Below are positions 48,276-58,575 of a stretch of 64,000 nucleotides of DNA, in pieces (position 1 is the first letter of the stretch; the number at the start of each line of letters is the position of its first letter). The stretch comes from Candidatus Omnitrophota bacterium. GTDB taxonomy: Bacteria; Omnitrophota; Gorgyraeia; Tantalellales; Tantalellaceae. The translations under genes were made by a program, and so were the position numbers. The notes under the pieces are model-generated. The model did no database searches. It was not told the DNA's origin and saw only the letters and a list, made by a program, of their open reading frames with translations. Location: assembly GCA_014728075.1 (NCBI GenBank), contig WJMG01000027.1, forward strand, positions 696 through 64,695, given 5' to 3'.

Positions 48276-48517
48276 TAATGGTCTTCTCTCTCCGGAAAAA
48301 GCCCACATCCGGCGGGCCCCGCCGCTAAAAACAAAAGCGGTCCCGCGGTCTGAATACCTTTATCCGTTCTCAACAAGACAACGGCGCTGCTCACGGCCTT
48401 CCGCATCAAAATCCACGCGCACCCAGGGCAAGTCCCTTCTTCTCTCCTGCCCGGGGCGTTTTTACATTGCCGTAATTATAGTTATATATCAAAAACGGAA
48501 AAAGTCAAAATTTACAG

Positions 48518-48552
48518 AAAAAGAGCGGCCGTGAGAACACCAACCGCTCTTC
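48518..48552 (-). terminator. Probable terminator after mini-NrdD gene
   Basis: AAGAGCGG..CCGCTCTT with A-tract. Confidence 0.6.
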
Positions 48553-48599
48553 TTCAATTCTAGCAAAAGCCTGTTAATTAAATATCACTCCTGTACGGA

Positions 48600-48746
48600 T
48601 CATTTAACTTCTGCTTTTTCCGACTTTTCGCATTTAAAATTTTTTCTTTCGCCGAACTCTTCGGCCTTGCCTTTGTTCCAGCCCTGCACCGGCCTGAAAA
48701 ATCCGGTTACTCTGGAAAAGACCTCAACACTGCATGAACCTTCCAT
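48600..48746 (-). CDS. Stand-alone class III ribonucleotide reductase (NrdD) C-terminal glycyl-radical domain, 48 aa
   Basis: EVFSRVTGFFRPVQGWNKGKAEEFGER matches the NrdD tail; AAGGAG SD before ATG 48746. Confidence 0.8.
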   Translation of the reverse strand: MEGSCSVEVFSRVTGFFRPVQGWNKGKAEEFGERKNFKCEKSEKAEVK

Positions 48747-48785
48747 CTCGACTCCTTCCGCTTCTTGGACCGATAATTCCATCCC

Positions 48786-48820
48786 GACTTAACGATACCA
48801 TAAAAGTATCATTAAGTCAA
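48786..48820 (-). promoter_or_regulatory. Promoter of mini-NrdD overlapped by a 13-bp inverted repeat
   Basis: TTGACT-N17-TATCGT; GACTTAACGATAC-N7-GTATCATTAAGTC (one mismatch). Confidence 0.65.
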
Positions 48821-48848
48821 GGCCAAAACGGCATTTTTTGCGGATAAA

Positions 48849-48864
48849 ACACAACATATAGAAT
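48849..48864. promoter_or_regulatory. NrdR-box-like site
   Basis: ACACAACATATAGAAT versus consensus acaCwAtATaTwGtg; weak second box 31 bp away at 48880. Confidence 0.55.
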
Positions 48865-49093
48865 AAAACACGAACAAGTATACCTTATGCAGGGCCTGAA
48901 GTCAATGCCTCTCACACAAGACGCTTTATGTAAATATTTGTAATACAACAATTTAAGCACAAAATACGGGCATTGTTTCAATGATACCCATATTTAACAT
49001 ACAAATCGTTTATTTATAAAGACTTACCTACAGCGTCTGCTATACTGTGTAACTAAAGAAAAATTGCCGGACATCTAAGAACGAAGAGTTGAA

Positions 49094-50221
49094 CTATTTC
49101 CTGGAAAGTTTTACATCCATCCACACGGCTATCGCCAGAACAAGGCCGCGGGAGATGAACTTGATCTCGGGTGAAACCGCCAGAAGCGTCATACCGTTCA
49201 ATAAGCTCGCCATGAGAAGAGCCCCGAAAAGGACTCCAAGCACCGTCCCTCTGCCCCCCTTCAGGCTTGTGCCCCCTATAACACAGGCGGCTATGGCGTC
49301 AAGCTCCATAAGGTTCCCCGTAGTCGTGGTGGAAGCTCCGGCGTAGGCCGCCTGCATGAAACCGGTTATAGACACTATCGCCCCCATTATGCAGAAAGAC
49401 CCTATCACCACCTTCTCCACCGGTATACCCGATATGACGGCCGCCTCCTCATTTCCCCCTATAGCGTAAAGGTAGCGCCCGAAGGGGGTATGCTGTGTGA
49501 TAACATAAACAACGAAAGCGGTCATTCCGAGTATGACAGCCGGAAGGGGCACCCCCCGGAACCGGCTGGTGACAATAACGAAAAGGAATATCATCTGAGC
49601 GGAAATGAACAGCTTAAGGAAAACTTTCTCGGCCGGCTCAAGCTGAAACCCATGGGCCTTTCTCTTCTTCCTTGAAGCTATTCTCGAGGCGGCCAGGACC
49701 AGGACCAGAAAAGCCGCCAAAGCGTAACCCGCCGCGGGAGGCAGGTAGTATGTGGTAAGCATGGAATAAAGATTGGTCTCGCCGCCCTTCACCACCGGTA
49801 CCGTTGAATTCTGTATTACCAGCCAGAAAAGCCCCTTAAAGACCAGGAGCCCCCCGAGAGTAATGATAAAGGCCGGGACCTTTTCCCTGGCGACGATACT
49901 TCCCATGAGGAACCATATGATCACCCCCAGCAACAGTCCTGCCAGCATAGCGAGAGGCGAAGGCCATCCCGCTTTAAAGACGAGCACGCTCGCTACCCCC
50001 CCGATAAGCCCCAGACCGCTGCCTACCGAAAGATCTATATTCCCGGGAAGTATTATCAACAGCATCCCGAGGGCGAGAATGGCCGTTATAGAGAACTCTA
50101 TGGTCAGCATAGAAAGGTTCCTGGCCCCGAGGAAATTGGGCGAAACGACCGCGAAAAACACCCAGGAAACGACAAGCGCTATAAGGATAGAAAAATCGCG
50201 TATAGACCTTACACTTTTCAT
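49094..50221 (-). CDS. xylH: Sugar (xylose-type) ABC transporter permease
   Basis: IDLSVGS, VPAFIITLGG, FGRYLYAIGGN.EAA..SGI, ELDAIAACVIGGTS..GGRG. Confidence 0.85.
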   Translation of the reverse strand: MKSVRSIRDFSILIALVVSWVFFAVVSPNFLGARNLSMLTIEFSITAILALGMLLIILPGNIDLSVGSGLGLIGGVASVLVFKAGWPSPLAMLAGLLLGVIIWFLMGSIVAREKVPAFIITLGGLLVFKGLFWLVIQNSTVPVVKGGETNLYSMLTTYYLPPAAGYALAAFLVLVLAASRIASRKKRKAHGFQLEPAEKVFLKLFISAQMIFLFVIVTSRFRGVPLPAVILGMTAFVVYVITQHTPFGRYLYAIGGNEEAAVISGIPVEKVVIGSFCIMGAIVSITGFMQAAYAGASTTTTGNLMELDAIAACVIGGTSLKGGRGTVLGVLFGALLMASLLNGMTLLAVSPEIKFISRGLVLAIAVWMDVKLSRK

Positions 50222-50386
50222 AAAGATCCTTCCTTAATACCTTCCCCTCAATGGGTTTAAACGGCGGTCATGTAAAAATGATCTTGTCAGGTCCATGTCA
50301 AGGCCCGTGTCCGGCAGGCCTTCGGCCTCTGAAGATCCACTCGACCGGGACGCTGGAACTGTATCAGGATCGTCCCGCGGGCAATT

Positions 50387-51907
50387 TTAATGCCCGATCG
50401 CCGCGGCCAGGAGTTTCTCCTGGGTTATTTCGGCGCCTTCAAAGCGCCCTGCCACCCTGCCTTCCGAAAGCATCACAACGCTGTCGCTCATGCCTATCAA
50501 TTCGGGCATTTCGCTGGAGACCATTACCACCCCGTGCCCGGAAGCCGTTAGGCTGTTCATGAGCCTGTAGACCTCCACCTTTGCCCCTACATCTATTCCC
50601 CTGGTCGGCTCGTCGAGGAAAATGATCCTGGGCCCGGTCATAAGCGACTTGCCTATTACGACTTTCTGCTGGTTGCCCCCCGAAAGGCTTTTTACTTCGG
50701 TTTCCAGGTCCGGTGCTTTTATCCTTAAAAGTCCGGACGCATCCCTGTTCTTCTCGAATTCTTTTTCGCTGTCGATAAACCCGCCCCGGGAAAGCCCGTG
50801 AAGAGAAGAAAGGGAAAGGTTAAATCCGACAGACTGATCCAGGAACAGCCCGTACCTTTTTCTATCCTCGGCAACGAGCACAAGCCCTTTATCTATCATT
50901 TCGCCCGGCGTGACCAGGCCGACCTCTTCCCCGAAAAGCCTTACTTTTCCCGACAGGCGGTAGCCCCATGCGCCGAAAATGTGCATCAGCGCCTCGGTCC
51001 TTCCTGCTCCCATAAGGCCGCCGAGGCCCAGAACCTCTCCCGACCGCAAACGAAAAGATATATCCCTGAGCACGGGTTTTTCGCCGGGGGCAGCGGCCGC
51101 CGTCAATCCTTCCACTTCTAGCAGGATATCACCTTTACGGGTCTCTCCCCTGGGGAAAAGCTCCTTGATCTCCCTGCCCACCATGAATTTGATGACCTGG
51201 TCCCTGTCAGTTTTCTCCAGGGGCAGCGATGCAACAGCTTCACCGTCACGCAGAACGGTTACACGGTCCGCCAGGGAAAAAACCTCGTCGAGCTTATGGG
51301 AAATATATATGCAGGAAACCCCTTTTGCCCTGAGGTCCCTCAGTATATCGAGAAGTATCCCGACCTCTTCTTCCGTCAGCGCGGCCGTAGGCTCGTCAAG
51401 GATAAGTATCCTGGAATCTTTGCCGAGCGCTTTCACTATCTCTACCAGCTGCTGTTGCCCGACACCGATATCTTTTATCCTGTCGGAAGGATCTATATCT
51501 ATATCGAACTTCGCGAGGAGTTCACCCGCTTTCCGGTAAACGATATCCCAGTCGATGAGCCCCCCGGATACCGGCTCCGACCCCAGAAAAATATTCTCCG
51601 CGACGGTCATTTCGCCTACCAGAGCAAGTTCCTGGTAAATTACGGCTATTCCAGCCCTCTCGGCGTCTTTTATAGAGGAGAACGCTGCCTTCCCGCCCTC
51701 CAGAAAGATCTCCCCTGAATAAGTACCCCGCGGATGGACCCCCGACAGGACTTTTATAAGAGTGGATTTCCCTGCCCCGTTCTCTCCGCAAATGGCGTGT
51801 ATTTCTCCCTCGGCCAGTTCGAAACTGACGCCTTTAAGCGCAGCGATACCTCCGAAGTGTTTTGTGATGCCTTCGGCTCTCAAAATGGTATTCATAAATA
51901 AATCCAC
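50387..51907 (-). CDS. xylG: Sugar (xylose-type) ABC transporter ATP-binding protein
   Basis: GENGAGKST, LDEPT twice, LSGGNQQK. Confidence 0.88.
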   Translation of the reverse strand: MDLFMNTILRAEGITKHFGGIAALKGVSFELAEGEIHAICGENGAGKSTLIKVLSGVHPRGTYSGEIFLEGGKAAFSSIKDAERAGIAVIYQELALVGEMTVAENIFLGSEPVSGGLIDWDIVYRKAGELLAKFDIDIDPSDRIKDIGVGQQQLVEIVKALGKDSRILILDEPTAALTEEEVGILLDILRDLRAKGVSCIYISHKLDEVFSLADRVTVLRDGEAVASLPLEKTDRDQVIKFMVGREIKELFPRGETRKGDILLEVEGLTAAAAPGEKPVLRDISFRLRSGEVLGLGGLMGAGRTEALMHIFGAWGYRLSGKVRLFGEEVGLVTPGEMIDKGLVLVAEDRKRYGLFLDQSVGFNLSLSSLHGLSRGGFIDSEKEFEKNRDASGLLRIKAPDLETEVKSLSGGNQQKVVIGKSLMTGPRIIFLDEPTRGIDVGAKVEVYRLMNSLTASGHGVVMVSSEMPELIGMSDSVVMLSEGRVAGRFEGAEITQEKLLAAAIGH

Positions 51908-52953
51908 TACCGGTAAACCTCTTCCCTCGAGTGGAAACCGTCGGCGATCACCGTTTCGTCAAGGTTCTCGCCGGTCACCACTACCACATCGAGAAGAACG
52001 GAAGGAACTTCGACTTTTCCGTTATCCACACCGTCACCTGCTATAACGGGCCTGCCGCGGGCCATTTTCACGGCTGTCTCCGCGGCCTTGTAAGCCAGGT
52101 CCTTTATGGGCTTGTATATCGTCATCGCCTGGGTGCCGTCAACTATCCTCTGGCAGGCGATAAGTTCGGCGTCCTGTCCGGTAACGGCTACTTTTCCCGT
52201 CAGGCCTTCCTCTTTAAGGGTCTGTATCGCCCCGCCGGCCGTACCGTCGTTGGAAGCAAGTATGGCGTCAAAATCACGCCCGTGATTGGTAATGGCGGCA
52301 TTAACTATTTTTTTGGCGCTCTCGGGCTTCCAGTCTTCCGCCCAGTCCTCGTGTATCACTTCTATACGCCCGCTTTTTATGTAAGGCTCAAGAACATCGT
52401 CCTGGCCTGCCTTGAAAAGAAAAGCGTTATGGTCCATTTTGGAACCGTAAATCCGGACTATGCGTATGTTCTGTTCGTCCCCGAGGACCTCCTCGACTAT
52501 ATACCTGGCCTGCATCTGGCCCACTTTGAATCCGTCAAAAGTTATATACAGATCAAGGTCCGAATCCATTATAAGACGGTCGTACGCTATAACCGGTATC
52601 CCCGCCCTGTGGGCGAGCCTTACGGCTTTGGCCATCGCCTTGCCGTTATGCGGCACGACGACAAGGACATCAACCCCTCTGGATATCAGAGCCTCCACAT
52701 TCTTGACCTGTATGGTATCATCGCTGTTGGCGGCCTGTACCAGCACCTCCGCGCCCAGGCTCCTGACCTTTTCCACAAAGAACTTTTTATCTTTCTGCCA
52801 CCTGGCTTCCTTGAGCGTATCCATGGAAAGCCCTACCAGGACCTCGTCGTCCCCGGCGGGAACGGGCCCGGCCTGTCTGCCCCGGGAAATAAATATACCC
52901 ATCGCGATACTGAGAAAACATGAAATTACGACAAGCGCTATTCTCGATCTCAT
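51907..52953 (-). CDS. xylF: Sugar (xylose-type) ABC transporter substrate-binding protein
   Basis: E.RWQKD, IAYDRLI, D.NA, ASNDGTAGG, TGQDA, MTIYKP. Confidence 0.85.
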   Translation of the reverse strand: MRSRIALVVISCFLSIAMGIFISRGRQAGPVPAGDDEVLVGLSMDTLKEARWQKDKKFFVEKVRSLGAEVLVQAANSDDTIQVKNVEALISRGVDVLVVVPHNGKAMAKAVRLAHRAGIPVIAYDRLIMDSDLDLYITFDGFKVGQMQARYIVEEVLGDEQNIRIVRIYGSKMDHNAFLFKAGQDDVLEPYIKSGRIEVIHEDWAEDWKPESAKKIVNAAITNHGRDFDAILASNDGTAGGAIQTLKEEGLTGKVAVTGQDAELIACQRIVDGTQAMTIYKPIKDLAYKAAETAVKMARGRPVIAGDGVDNGKVEVPSVLLDVVVVTGENLDETVIADGFHSREEVYR

Positions 52954-53032
52954 AAGAACCCCTTATTTTAGCGTCAGGCGTCAAGCCAAGACCGCGCCGA
53001 AGCGTTTACGGTCACGGGTGAACGCTTCGTCG

Positions 53033-53440
53033 CTATTCGTTTACCCTGAACGAAGTAACGGTTATGGTATCCCCCCTGTCGATAGTATCTTTCATTTTCG
53101 ATCTAAGCCATTCTCTTGCGGCGTTCCGCGCGGCGGGGGTCAACCCGGCAAAACCTATAAAGTCGGTTATTATTCCCGGGGTGACCAGGAGAATTCCACT
53201 GACAAGTATTACCACACCGTCGAAAAGGGCATCCGCCGGCATGCGGCCCGCGTTAACTTCCCGCTGTATGGCTGAAAGCACACGCACCCCCTGTTGCCGG
53301 GCCATGCTCGCCCCTACTATGCCGGTGACCACTACTATTAAAAGCGTATTGAAAACACCTATGATCTGGCCCACCCTGATCAGGATACTAAGCTCCACGA
53401 AAGGCACCAGTATAAATATCAAAAGCAGATATGCGAACAT
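53033..53440 (-). CDS. fxsA: FxsA family membrane protein
   Basis: FILVPFVE, ARQQG, LLVTPGIITD. Confidence 0.9.
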   Translation of the reverse strand: MFAYLLLIFILVPFVELSILIRVGQIIGVFNTLLIVVVTGIVGASMARQQGVRVLSAIQREVNAGRMPADALFDGVVILVSGILLVTPGIITDFIGFAGLTPAARNAAREWLRSKMKDTIDRGDTITVTSFRVNE

Positions 53441-53514
53441 ATGGTCTCCTTACAAGTTCAGCTAGAGGTCCGGGTCCGATAACACTTCGGACCGTAATGT
53501 TTCCAGGCCCGGAC

Positions 53515-53994
53515 CTAGTCCTGTTTCACATAAGCCCTGATGATCTTGCGGTCTTCTACCGGCCTATCCATAGCGCCGGTCTCGGAATTCTCGATGGCCT
53601 CTACCGTTCCATACCCAGAAACGACCTCACCGAAAATGGTATGGTTCATGTTCAGCCAGGGAGCCGGCGCGGTCGTTATGAAAAACTGGCTCCCGTTGGT
53701 CCCGGGGCCGGCATTGGCCATAGCCAGTATACCGGGCCTGTCGAACCCTACCTCACCGGTCACTTCGTCCTCGAAAGGCTCTCCCCAGAGCGATTCTCCG
53801 CCCCTGCCCGTCCCGGTCGGGTCACCTGCCTGTATCATGAAACCCTTTATCACCCTGTGAAAAATAACACCGTTATAATACCCTTTTTCCGCAAGACCGG
53901 CGAAACTCTCACAGGCTTTCGGAGCCACATCTTTCATAAGGCTCAGTTCTATATCACCCTTATCTGTACTCAGCACAACATTCACGCGTTTCAT
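53515..53994 (-). CDS. Cyclophilin-type peptidyl-prolyl cis-trans isomerase
   Basis: FHRVIKGFMIQAGDP, AMANAG, NGSQFFIT, HTIFG. Confidence 0.96.
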   Translation of the reverse strand: MKRVNVVLSTDKGDIELSLMKDVAPKACESFAGLAEKGYYNGVIFHRVIKGFMIQAGDPTGTGRGGESLWGEPFEDEVTGEVGFDRPGILAMANAGPGTNGSQFFITTAPAPWLNMNHTIFGEVVSGYGTVEAIENSETGAMDRPVEDRKIIRAYVKQD

Positions 53995-54068
53995 GCCCCG
54001 TCCTCCCTTTCCATGTAATTATACCGATATATGCGGTAAATTAAAATCAAAAGTTACCCGGCGGACCT

Positions 54069-55916
54069 TCATCGCGAGTCCGCGATCCTGGAAAGCGCCT
54101 TTTCATGCTCTTTCATCAATTCTTCCAGTTCATCATAAAGACCGTCCGTCCTCCCGGCGAGTTCGGAAAGTTCCCTGGACAGTTCCGATATAGACACGGC
54201 GTCACCTGATTCCGAAGCCTCGACCAGCAAATCGTTCAGCTCATTCCGCCGTTCTTCCGACCTCTCTACAGCTTTTTCGAGAACAGATATCTTTTTCTCG
54301 AGGGGCTTCAACAGTTTTGCCCGGAGCTCCCTGGCTTCGGCCCTGCGGCGCCTCGCCTCTTTAGGGGACTTCTCTCGGGCGTCCTTCTCCCGCTTCAGGC
54401 CCTTGTCCGCTTTCAATGAGCCCCCATCGGCATCGTCCCAGCCTTCCTGCTCCAGAAATTCATCGTAACGGCCCGGAAAGACCACAACCCCCTTTTCCTT
54501 GAAAGCTATTATCTTTGTAGCGACCTGCCGGAGAAAATACTCGTCGTGCGTAACGATAAGAGCGGCCCCGTCGAACCCGGAAACGGCGTCTATCATGGAT
54601 TGACAAGCCTGCATGTCAAGATGGTGTGTCGGTTCATCGAGAAGCAGGAGGTTCGAGGGAGCGAGCAGGAGTTTCCCGAGCATGAGCCTGCATTTTTCCC
54701 CTCCGGAAAGAACACCGACCTTCTTTAGCGCCGTATTACCCGAGAACATCATCGCCCCGCATATGTTCCTGACCTCTGTGCGGGATACGCCACGGGACGC
54801 CGCCGCCAGCTCTTCCTCAACGGACCTGGAATCGTCCAGCGCGGCTGTGTTTGACTGTTCGAAATAAGCCTTGATCACACCGTGATGCTCTTTTATCTGC
54901 CCATTTACCGGGGAAAGCGCTCCCGCGAGCAGGCGCATAAGCGTGGTCTTGCCCTTACCGTTCTTCCCCGCTATGCATATCTTGTCGCTTTTATCCACGG
55001 AAAAGTTCAACCCTTCTATGACATACGGCGAAGCTCCCCCGTAAGAGAATGTCAAACCCGATACCTTCATGAGGGTCTTCGCGCCGAACGGGCTGGCGTT
55101 AAAGGAAAAAGACAGGTCACGGACCTTATCCAGCTTGCTCCTTTTCTGCATCTTCCCAAGGCTTTTTATGTGGGATTGTATCCCTCTGGCGTGACGGGCT
55201 TTTGCCCGAAAGCGGTTTATATGCTCTCTCATCTGTTCCCGTTTTTTTTCCTCGTTAAGGCGATGCTTTTCGTAGACCTCCTCGTCTCTGGCTATCTGCG
55301 CGTAATAATCCCGCGTTTTCCCCCTCATTTTGCGCATCCTCCGGCGGTGTATCCCCAGAATATGATCAACGACCGAATCCATGAAACCACGGTCGTGGCT
55401 GATGACCATGAGTTCTCCTCTCCAGGTTTTCAGGAAAGATTCAAGCCAGCGTATTGATATGATGTCTAGAAAGTTGGTCGGCTCATCGAGAAGCAGAAGG
55501 TCCGGCGCCGACACAAGGACTTTCGCCAGAGCCAGCCTGACCTGGAATCCTCCGGAAAAGCCTTTTATCGGCAGGCGCATATCCTCCTCCGCAAAACCGA
55601 GGCCGGAAAGTATCTTTTCAGCTTTCCAGGTATCGTTTTTTTCGTGTACGGGAAGCCCACGGCAGGCTTCTTCCAGCACCGTAACACACTTAAAACTGAG
55701 CTGCTGGTCGAGATACCCTATCCTGTATCCCTTAGGCACATTGATCGTACCGGTATCGGGGCTTTCCCGACCGGTTAGCATCCTGAACAGAGTGGTCTTG
55801 CCGTGGCCGTTCCTTCCCACAAGCCCGATATGCTCACCGGGGCCGATATTGAGATCGGCGGACTCGAAAAGGACCTGTTCTCCGTAGGTTTTAGAAAGAT
55901 TATGACCTGATATCAT
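54069..55916 (-). CDS. ABC-F family ribosome-associated ATPase
   Basis: Two ABC domains (GRNGHGKT, GKNGKGKT, DEPT, SHD/THD), linker, C-terminal coiled coil, no TM. Confidence 0.93.
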   Translation of the reverse strand: MISGHNLSKTYGEQVLFESADLNIGPGEHIGLVGRNGHGKTTLFRMLTGRESPDTGTINVPKGYRIGYLDQQLSFKCVTVLEEACRGLPVHEKNDTWKAEKILSGLGFAEEDMRLPIKGFSGGFQVRLALAKVLVSAPDLLLLDEPTNFLDIISIRWLESFLKTWRGELMVISHDRGFMDSVVDHILGIHRRRMRKMRGKTRDYYAQIARDEEVYEKHRLNEEKKREQMREHINRFRAKARHARGIQSHIKSLGKMQKRSKLDKVRDLSFSFNASPFGAKTLMKVSGLTFSYGGASPYVIEGLNFSVDKSDKICIAGKNGKGKTTLMRLLAGALSPVNGQIKEHHGVIKAYFEQSNTAALDDSRSVEEELAAASRGVSRTEVRNICGAMMFSGNTALKKVGVLSGGEKCRLMLGKLLLAPSNLLLLDEPTHHLDMQACQSMIDAVSGFDGAALIVTHDEYFLRQVATKIIAFKEKGVVVFPGRYDEFLEQEGWDDADGGSLKADKGLKREKDAREKSPKEARRRRAEARELRAKLLKPLEKKISVLEKAVERSEERRNELNDLLVEASESGDAVSISELSRELSELAGRTDGLYDELEELMKEHEKALSRIADSR

Positions 55917-55969
55917 TATGGGAGTATTGTAGCTATTATAGGACACATTGTCTAGCGGCAAGAACGCGC

Positions 55970-56174
55970 CGCGCCTTTAGCCTTTTGCCGCTATCCTAAA
56001 ATCCTTTCCTACGGCCTGAGAGCTTTGAGCTATGAGCCGATACGCAGAAGGTCGACAGCAAATACATATATTTTATCCCTCATCCTTCATCCTTTTTCTC
56101 TACCTCTACCTATTGTACCTGTACCTCTCCCTGCACCTCAACGAAACCTCCAGCCCCGGGCCTCCGGTCTCGAG
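55970..56174 (-). repeat. Dispersed modular intergenic element, copy 2 (longest)
   Basis: Reverse complement has the same blocks as 39306-39430 with expanded 6/7-mer spacers. Confidence 0.85.
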
Positions 56175-56220
56175 CCTATATACCTGTACCCTGAATCGCG
56201 GTTATGCTATAATAATAACC

Positions 56221-56973
56221 ATGCTGAAACTCGTCCTTCTCCGCCACGGTGAAAGTGAATGGAACCTCGAGAACAGGTTCACCGGCTGGACGGATGTCGA
56301 CCTTTCCCCTAAGGGGCTAAAAGAAGCCCGTGAAGCGGGCAGGCTGCTCAAGAAGAACGGATTCTCTTTCGACATTGCCTTCACCTCCCTGCTTAAAAGG
56401 GCCATACGAACACTCTGGATAGTACTTGATGAAATGGACCTGATGTGGATACCGGTAGAAAGATGCTGGCGCCTTAACGAAAGGCACTACGGGGCCCTCC
56501 AGGGCCTTAACAAACAGCAAACTGCCGCGAAATTCGGAAGCGAACAGGTCCATCTCTGGCGTCGGGGATACGATACCCCTCCGCCGGCCCTTGATAAGAC
56601 AGACAAGAGGTTTCCCGGGAACGACCCCAGATACAAAAATATACCGGAAGACCTGCTTCCCCTTACAGAATGCCTCAAGGATACGGTTGAGCGCTTTATT
56701 CCGTACTGGCAGAACACTATAGAACAGGAACTCTTAAAAAACAGGCACGCTCTCATAGCGGCCCACGGCAACAGTCTGAGAGCGCTCGTCAAATACCTGG
56801 ACAATATATCTGATGACGAAATAGCGGAACTTAATATCCCCACGGGCATACCTCTCGTGTATGAGCTTGACGAAAAACTCTCGCCGTTAAAACATTATTA
56901 TTTAGGCGACGAGGAAAAAATAAAAAAAGCCGCGGAAAAAGTGGCCCGTCAGGATAAGTTGATAAAGGAATGA
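56221..56973 (+). CDS. gpmA: 2,3-bisphosphoglycerate-dependent phosphoglycerate mutase
   Basis: [30 protein letters not shown]. Confidence 0.97.
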   Translation: MLKLVLLRHGESEWNLENRFTGWTDVDLSPKGLKEAREAGRLLKKNGFSFDIAFTSLLKRAIRTLWIVLDEMDLMWIPVERCWRLNERHYGALQGLNKQQTAAKFGSEQVHLWRRGYDTPPPALDKTDKRFPGNDPRYKNIPEDLLPLTECLKDTVERFIPYWQNTIEQELLKNRHALIAAHGNSLRALVKYLDNISDDEIAELNIPTGIPLVYELDEKLSPLKHYYLGDEEKIKKAAEKVARQDKLIKE

Positions 56974-57094
56974 AGCCCATAGCGGTGTTCTGCTCACGGG
57001 CGAGCCGGTCAACCGGACTGAAACATTGATACAATAAACCTTGCTGGTGCCGCCGTGTTCATGTGCGCCAGCACTCTACCGCAAGGAGGATACG

Positions 57095-58147
57095 ATGTCT
57101 ATCGATATACAGAAATTACTCGGAGAAGAAACATCTTATTTGCTGCAGCACGAATGCTCAACCATACCAAAAAGATATCTCCACCTGCCGGGACCTGACC
57201 ACATATCGAATATCTTCGGTATCTCAGACCGTCCGGAAAAGGTCATAAAGAGCCTTAAAAGGGTGTTCTCCCACGGAAGACTGAAAAACACCGGTTATCT
57301 TTCGATACTGCCTGTAGACCAGGGCATTGAGCACTCCGCCGGCGCCTCTTTCGCTCCGGAGCCTATATATTTCGACCCTGAGAACATAATTAAACTGGCT
57401 ATAGAGGGAGGCTGCAACGCCGTTGCTTCTACGCTGGGAGTCCTGGGGATGATATCGGAAAAATACGCTTCAAAGATCCCTTTCATATTGAAGATCAACC
57501 ATAATGAAATGCTCTCGTACCCTAATACCTACGACCAGAGGCTTTTCGCCTCCGTCGAACAGGCTTATAACATGGGCGCCGCCGGCGTCGGCGCCACAAT
57601 TTACTTCGGATCCGCCGAATCCAGGCGCCAGATAGAGGAAATTTCCGAAGCCTTCCTGATGGCCCACGAACTCGGGCTTTTTACCGTACTCTGGTGTTAC
57701 CTGAGGAACGAGGGATTCAAAAAGGACGGTGTTGATTATCACGCTTCCGCGGACTTGACCGGGCAGGCAAACCATCTGGGCGTAACAATAGAAGCCGATA
57801 TAATAAAACAGAAACTGCCCGTGAATAACGGTGGCTATACAGCTGTCGGATTCGGCAAGACCAGCTCGCTCGTATACGAAAAGCTGACCACGGACCATCC
57901 GATAGACCTTACCAGATACCAGGTGGCTAATTGTTACATGGGGCGCATAGGCCTTATCAATTCGGGGGGACCTTCCGGCGAGAACGACCTGCAACAGGCC
58001 GTACGGACCGCGGTCGTAAACAAACGCGCCGGGGGAACGGGGCTTATCTCAGGAAGGAAGGCCTTCCAGAAATCCATGAAGGACGGCATAGAGATACTTA
58101 ACGCCATCCAGGATGTTTTTCTGTCGAAGGAAGTGACTATAGCATAG
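57095..58147 (+). CDS. fbaB: Class I fructose-bisphosphate aldolase (FbaB/DhnA type)
   Basis: [35 protein letters not shown]; AAGGAGG SD. Confidence 0.95.
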   Translation: MSIDIQKLLGEETSYLLQHECSTIPKRYLHLPGPDHISNIFGISDRPEKVIKSLKRVFSHGRLKNTGYLSILPVDQGIEHSAGASFAPEPIYFDPENIIKLAIEGGCNAVASTLGVLGMISEKYASKIPFILKINHNEMLSYPNTYDQRLFASVEQAYNMGAAGVGATIYFGSAESRRQIEEISEAFLMAHELGLFTVLWCYLRNEGFKKDGVDYHASADLTGQANHLGVTIEADIIKQKLPVNNGGYTAVGFGKTSSLVYEKLTTDHPIDLTRYQVANCYMGRIGLINSGGPSGENDLQQAVRTAVVNKRAGGTGLISGRKAFQKSMKDGIEILNAIQDVFLSKEVTIA

Positions 58148-58156
58148 GGTTTAGGC

Positions 58157-58192
58157 AAAGAAAGAGCGGAGACCTTTCTCCGCTCTTTCTTT
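58157..58192. terminator. Bidirectional terminator
   Basis: AAAGAAAGAGCGGAGA-cctt-TCTCCGCTCTTTCTTT. Confidence 0.85.
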
Positions 58193-58217
58193 ATACGCTA
58201 CGCGCTATACCCTGTAC

Positions 58218-58556
58218 CTATTCCTTCTCCCTCTCCTCTTTGCACTTAACGCAGTATTTAGCGTAGGGTAACGCCTTCAGCCTTTCGATCTTTATTTCTT
58301 CACCGCAATCGAGACATCGTCCGTAGGAACCGTCCCCTATCCTCTGAAGGGCTTCCTCTACCTCCCGTATCTCGACCTCCTCGATAAGATCCTCCTGCTC
58401 AAGCACATCGGCCTCTTCCCTGGCGCTGAGCGCGTCCTCCGAGTCCTGCGGCATCTCCTGCCTTATTTCCTTACCGAGGATCTGCATTTGCCTCCCCAGA
58501 TCATCGTGTATCTTTTTTAGTTTATTTTCCAGCCGCTTAAGTGTCTTTTCGTCCAT
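58218..58556 (-). CDS. TraR/DksA family C4 zinc-finger protein
   Basis: DSED, ALQRI..GSYG.CLDC..I..ERL.ALP...CVKC. Confidence 0.9.
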   Translation of the reverse strand: MDEKTLKRLENKLKKIHDDLGRQMQILGKEIRQEMPQDSEDALSAREEADVLEQEDLIEEVEIREVEEALQRIGDGSYGRCLDCGEEIKIERLKALPYAKYCVKCKEEREKE

Positions 58557-58575
58557 ATTACTCCTTTCCCCGGAA

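Noticed and set aside
48900-49090. AT-rich tract as replication origin or island boundary
   Set aside because: No DnaA-box cluster, integrase, tRNA or flanking duplication; only the spaced palindromes reported above.
56032-56220. N-terminal extension of gpmA in the ORF track (also extensions at 17275-17337, 19121-19186 and 59269-59361)
   Set aside because: They run through repeat elements, promoters or the neighbouring gene; homology or an SD points to the downstream ATG.
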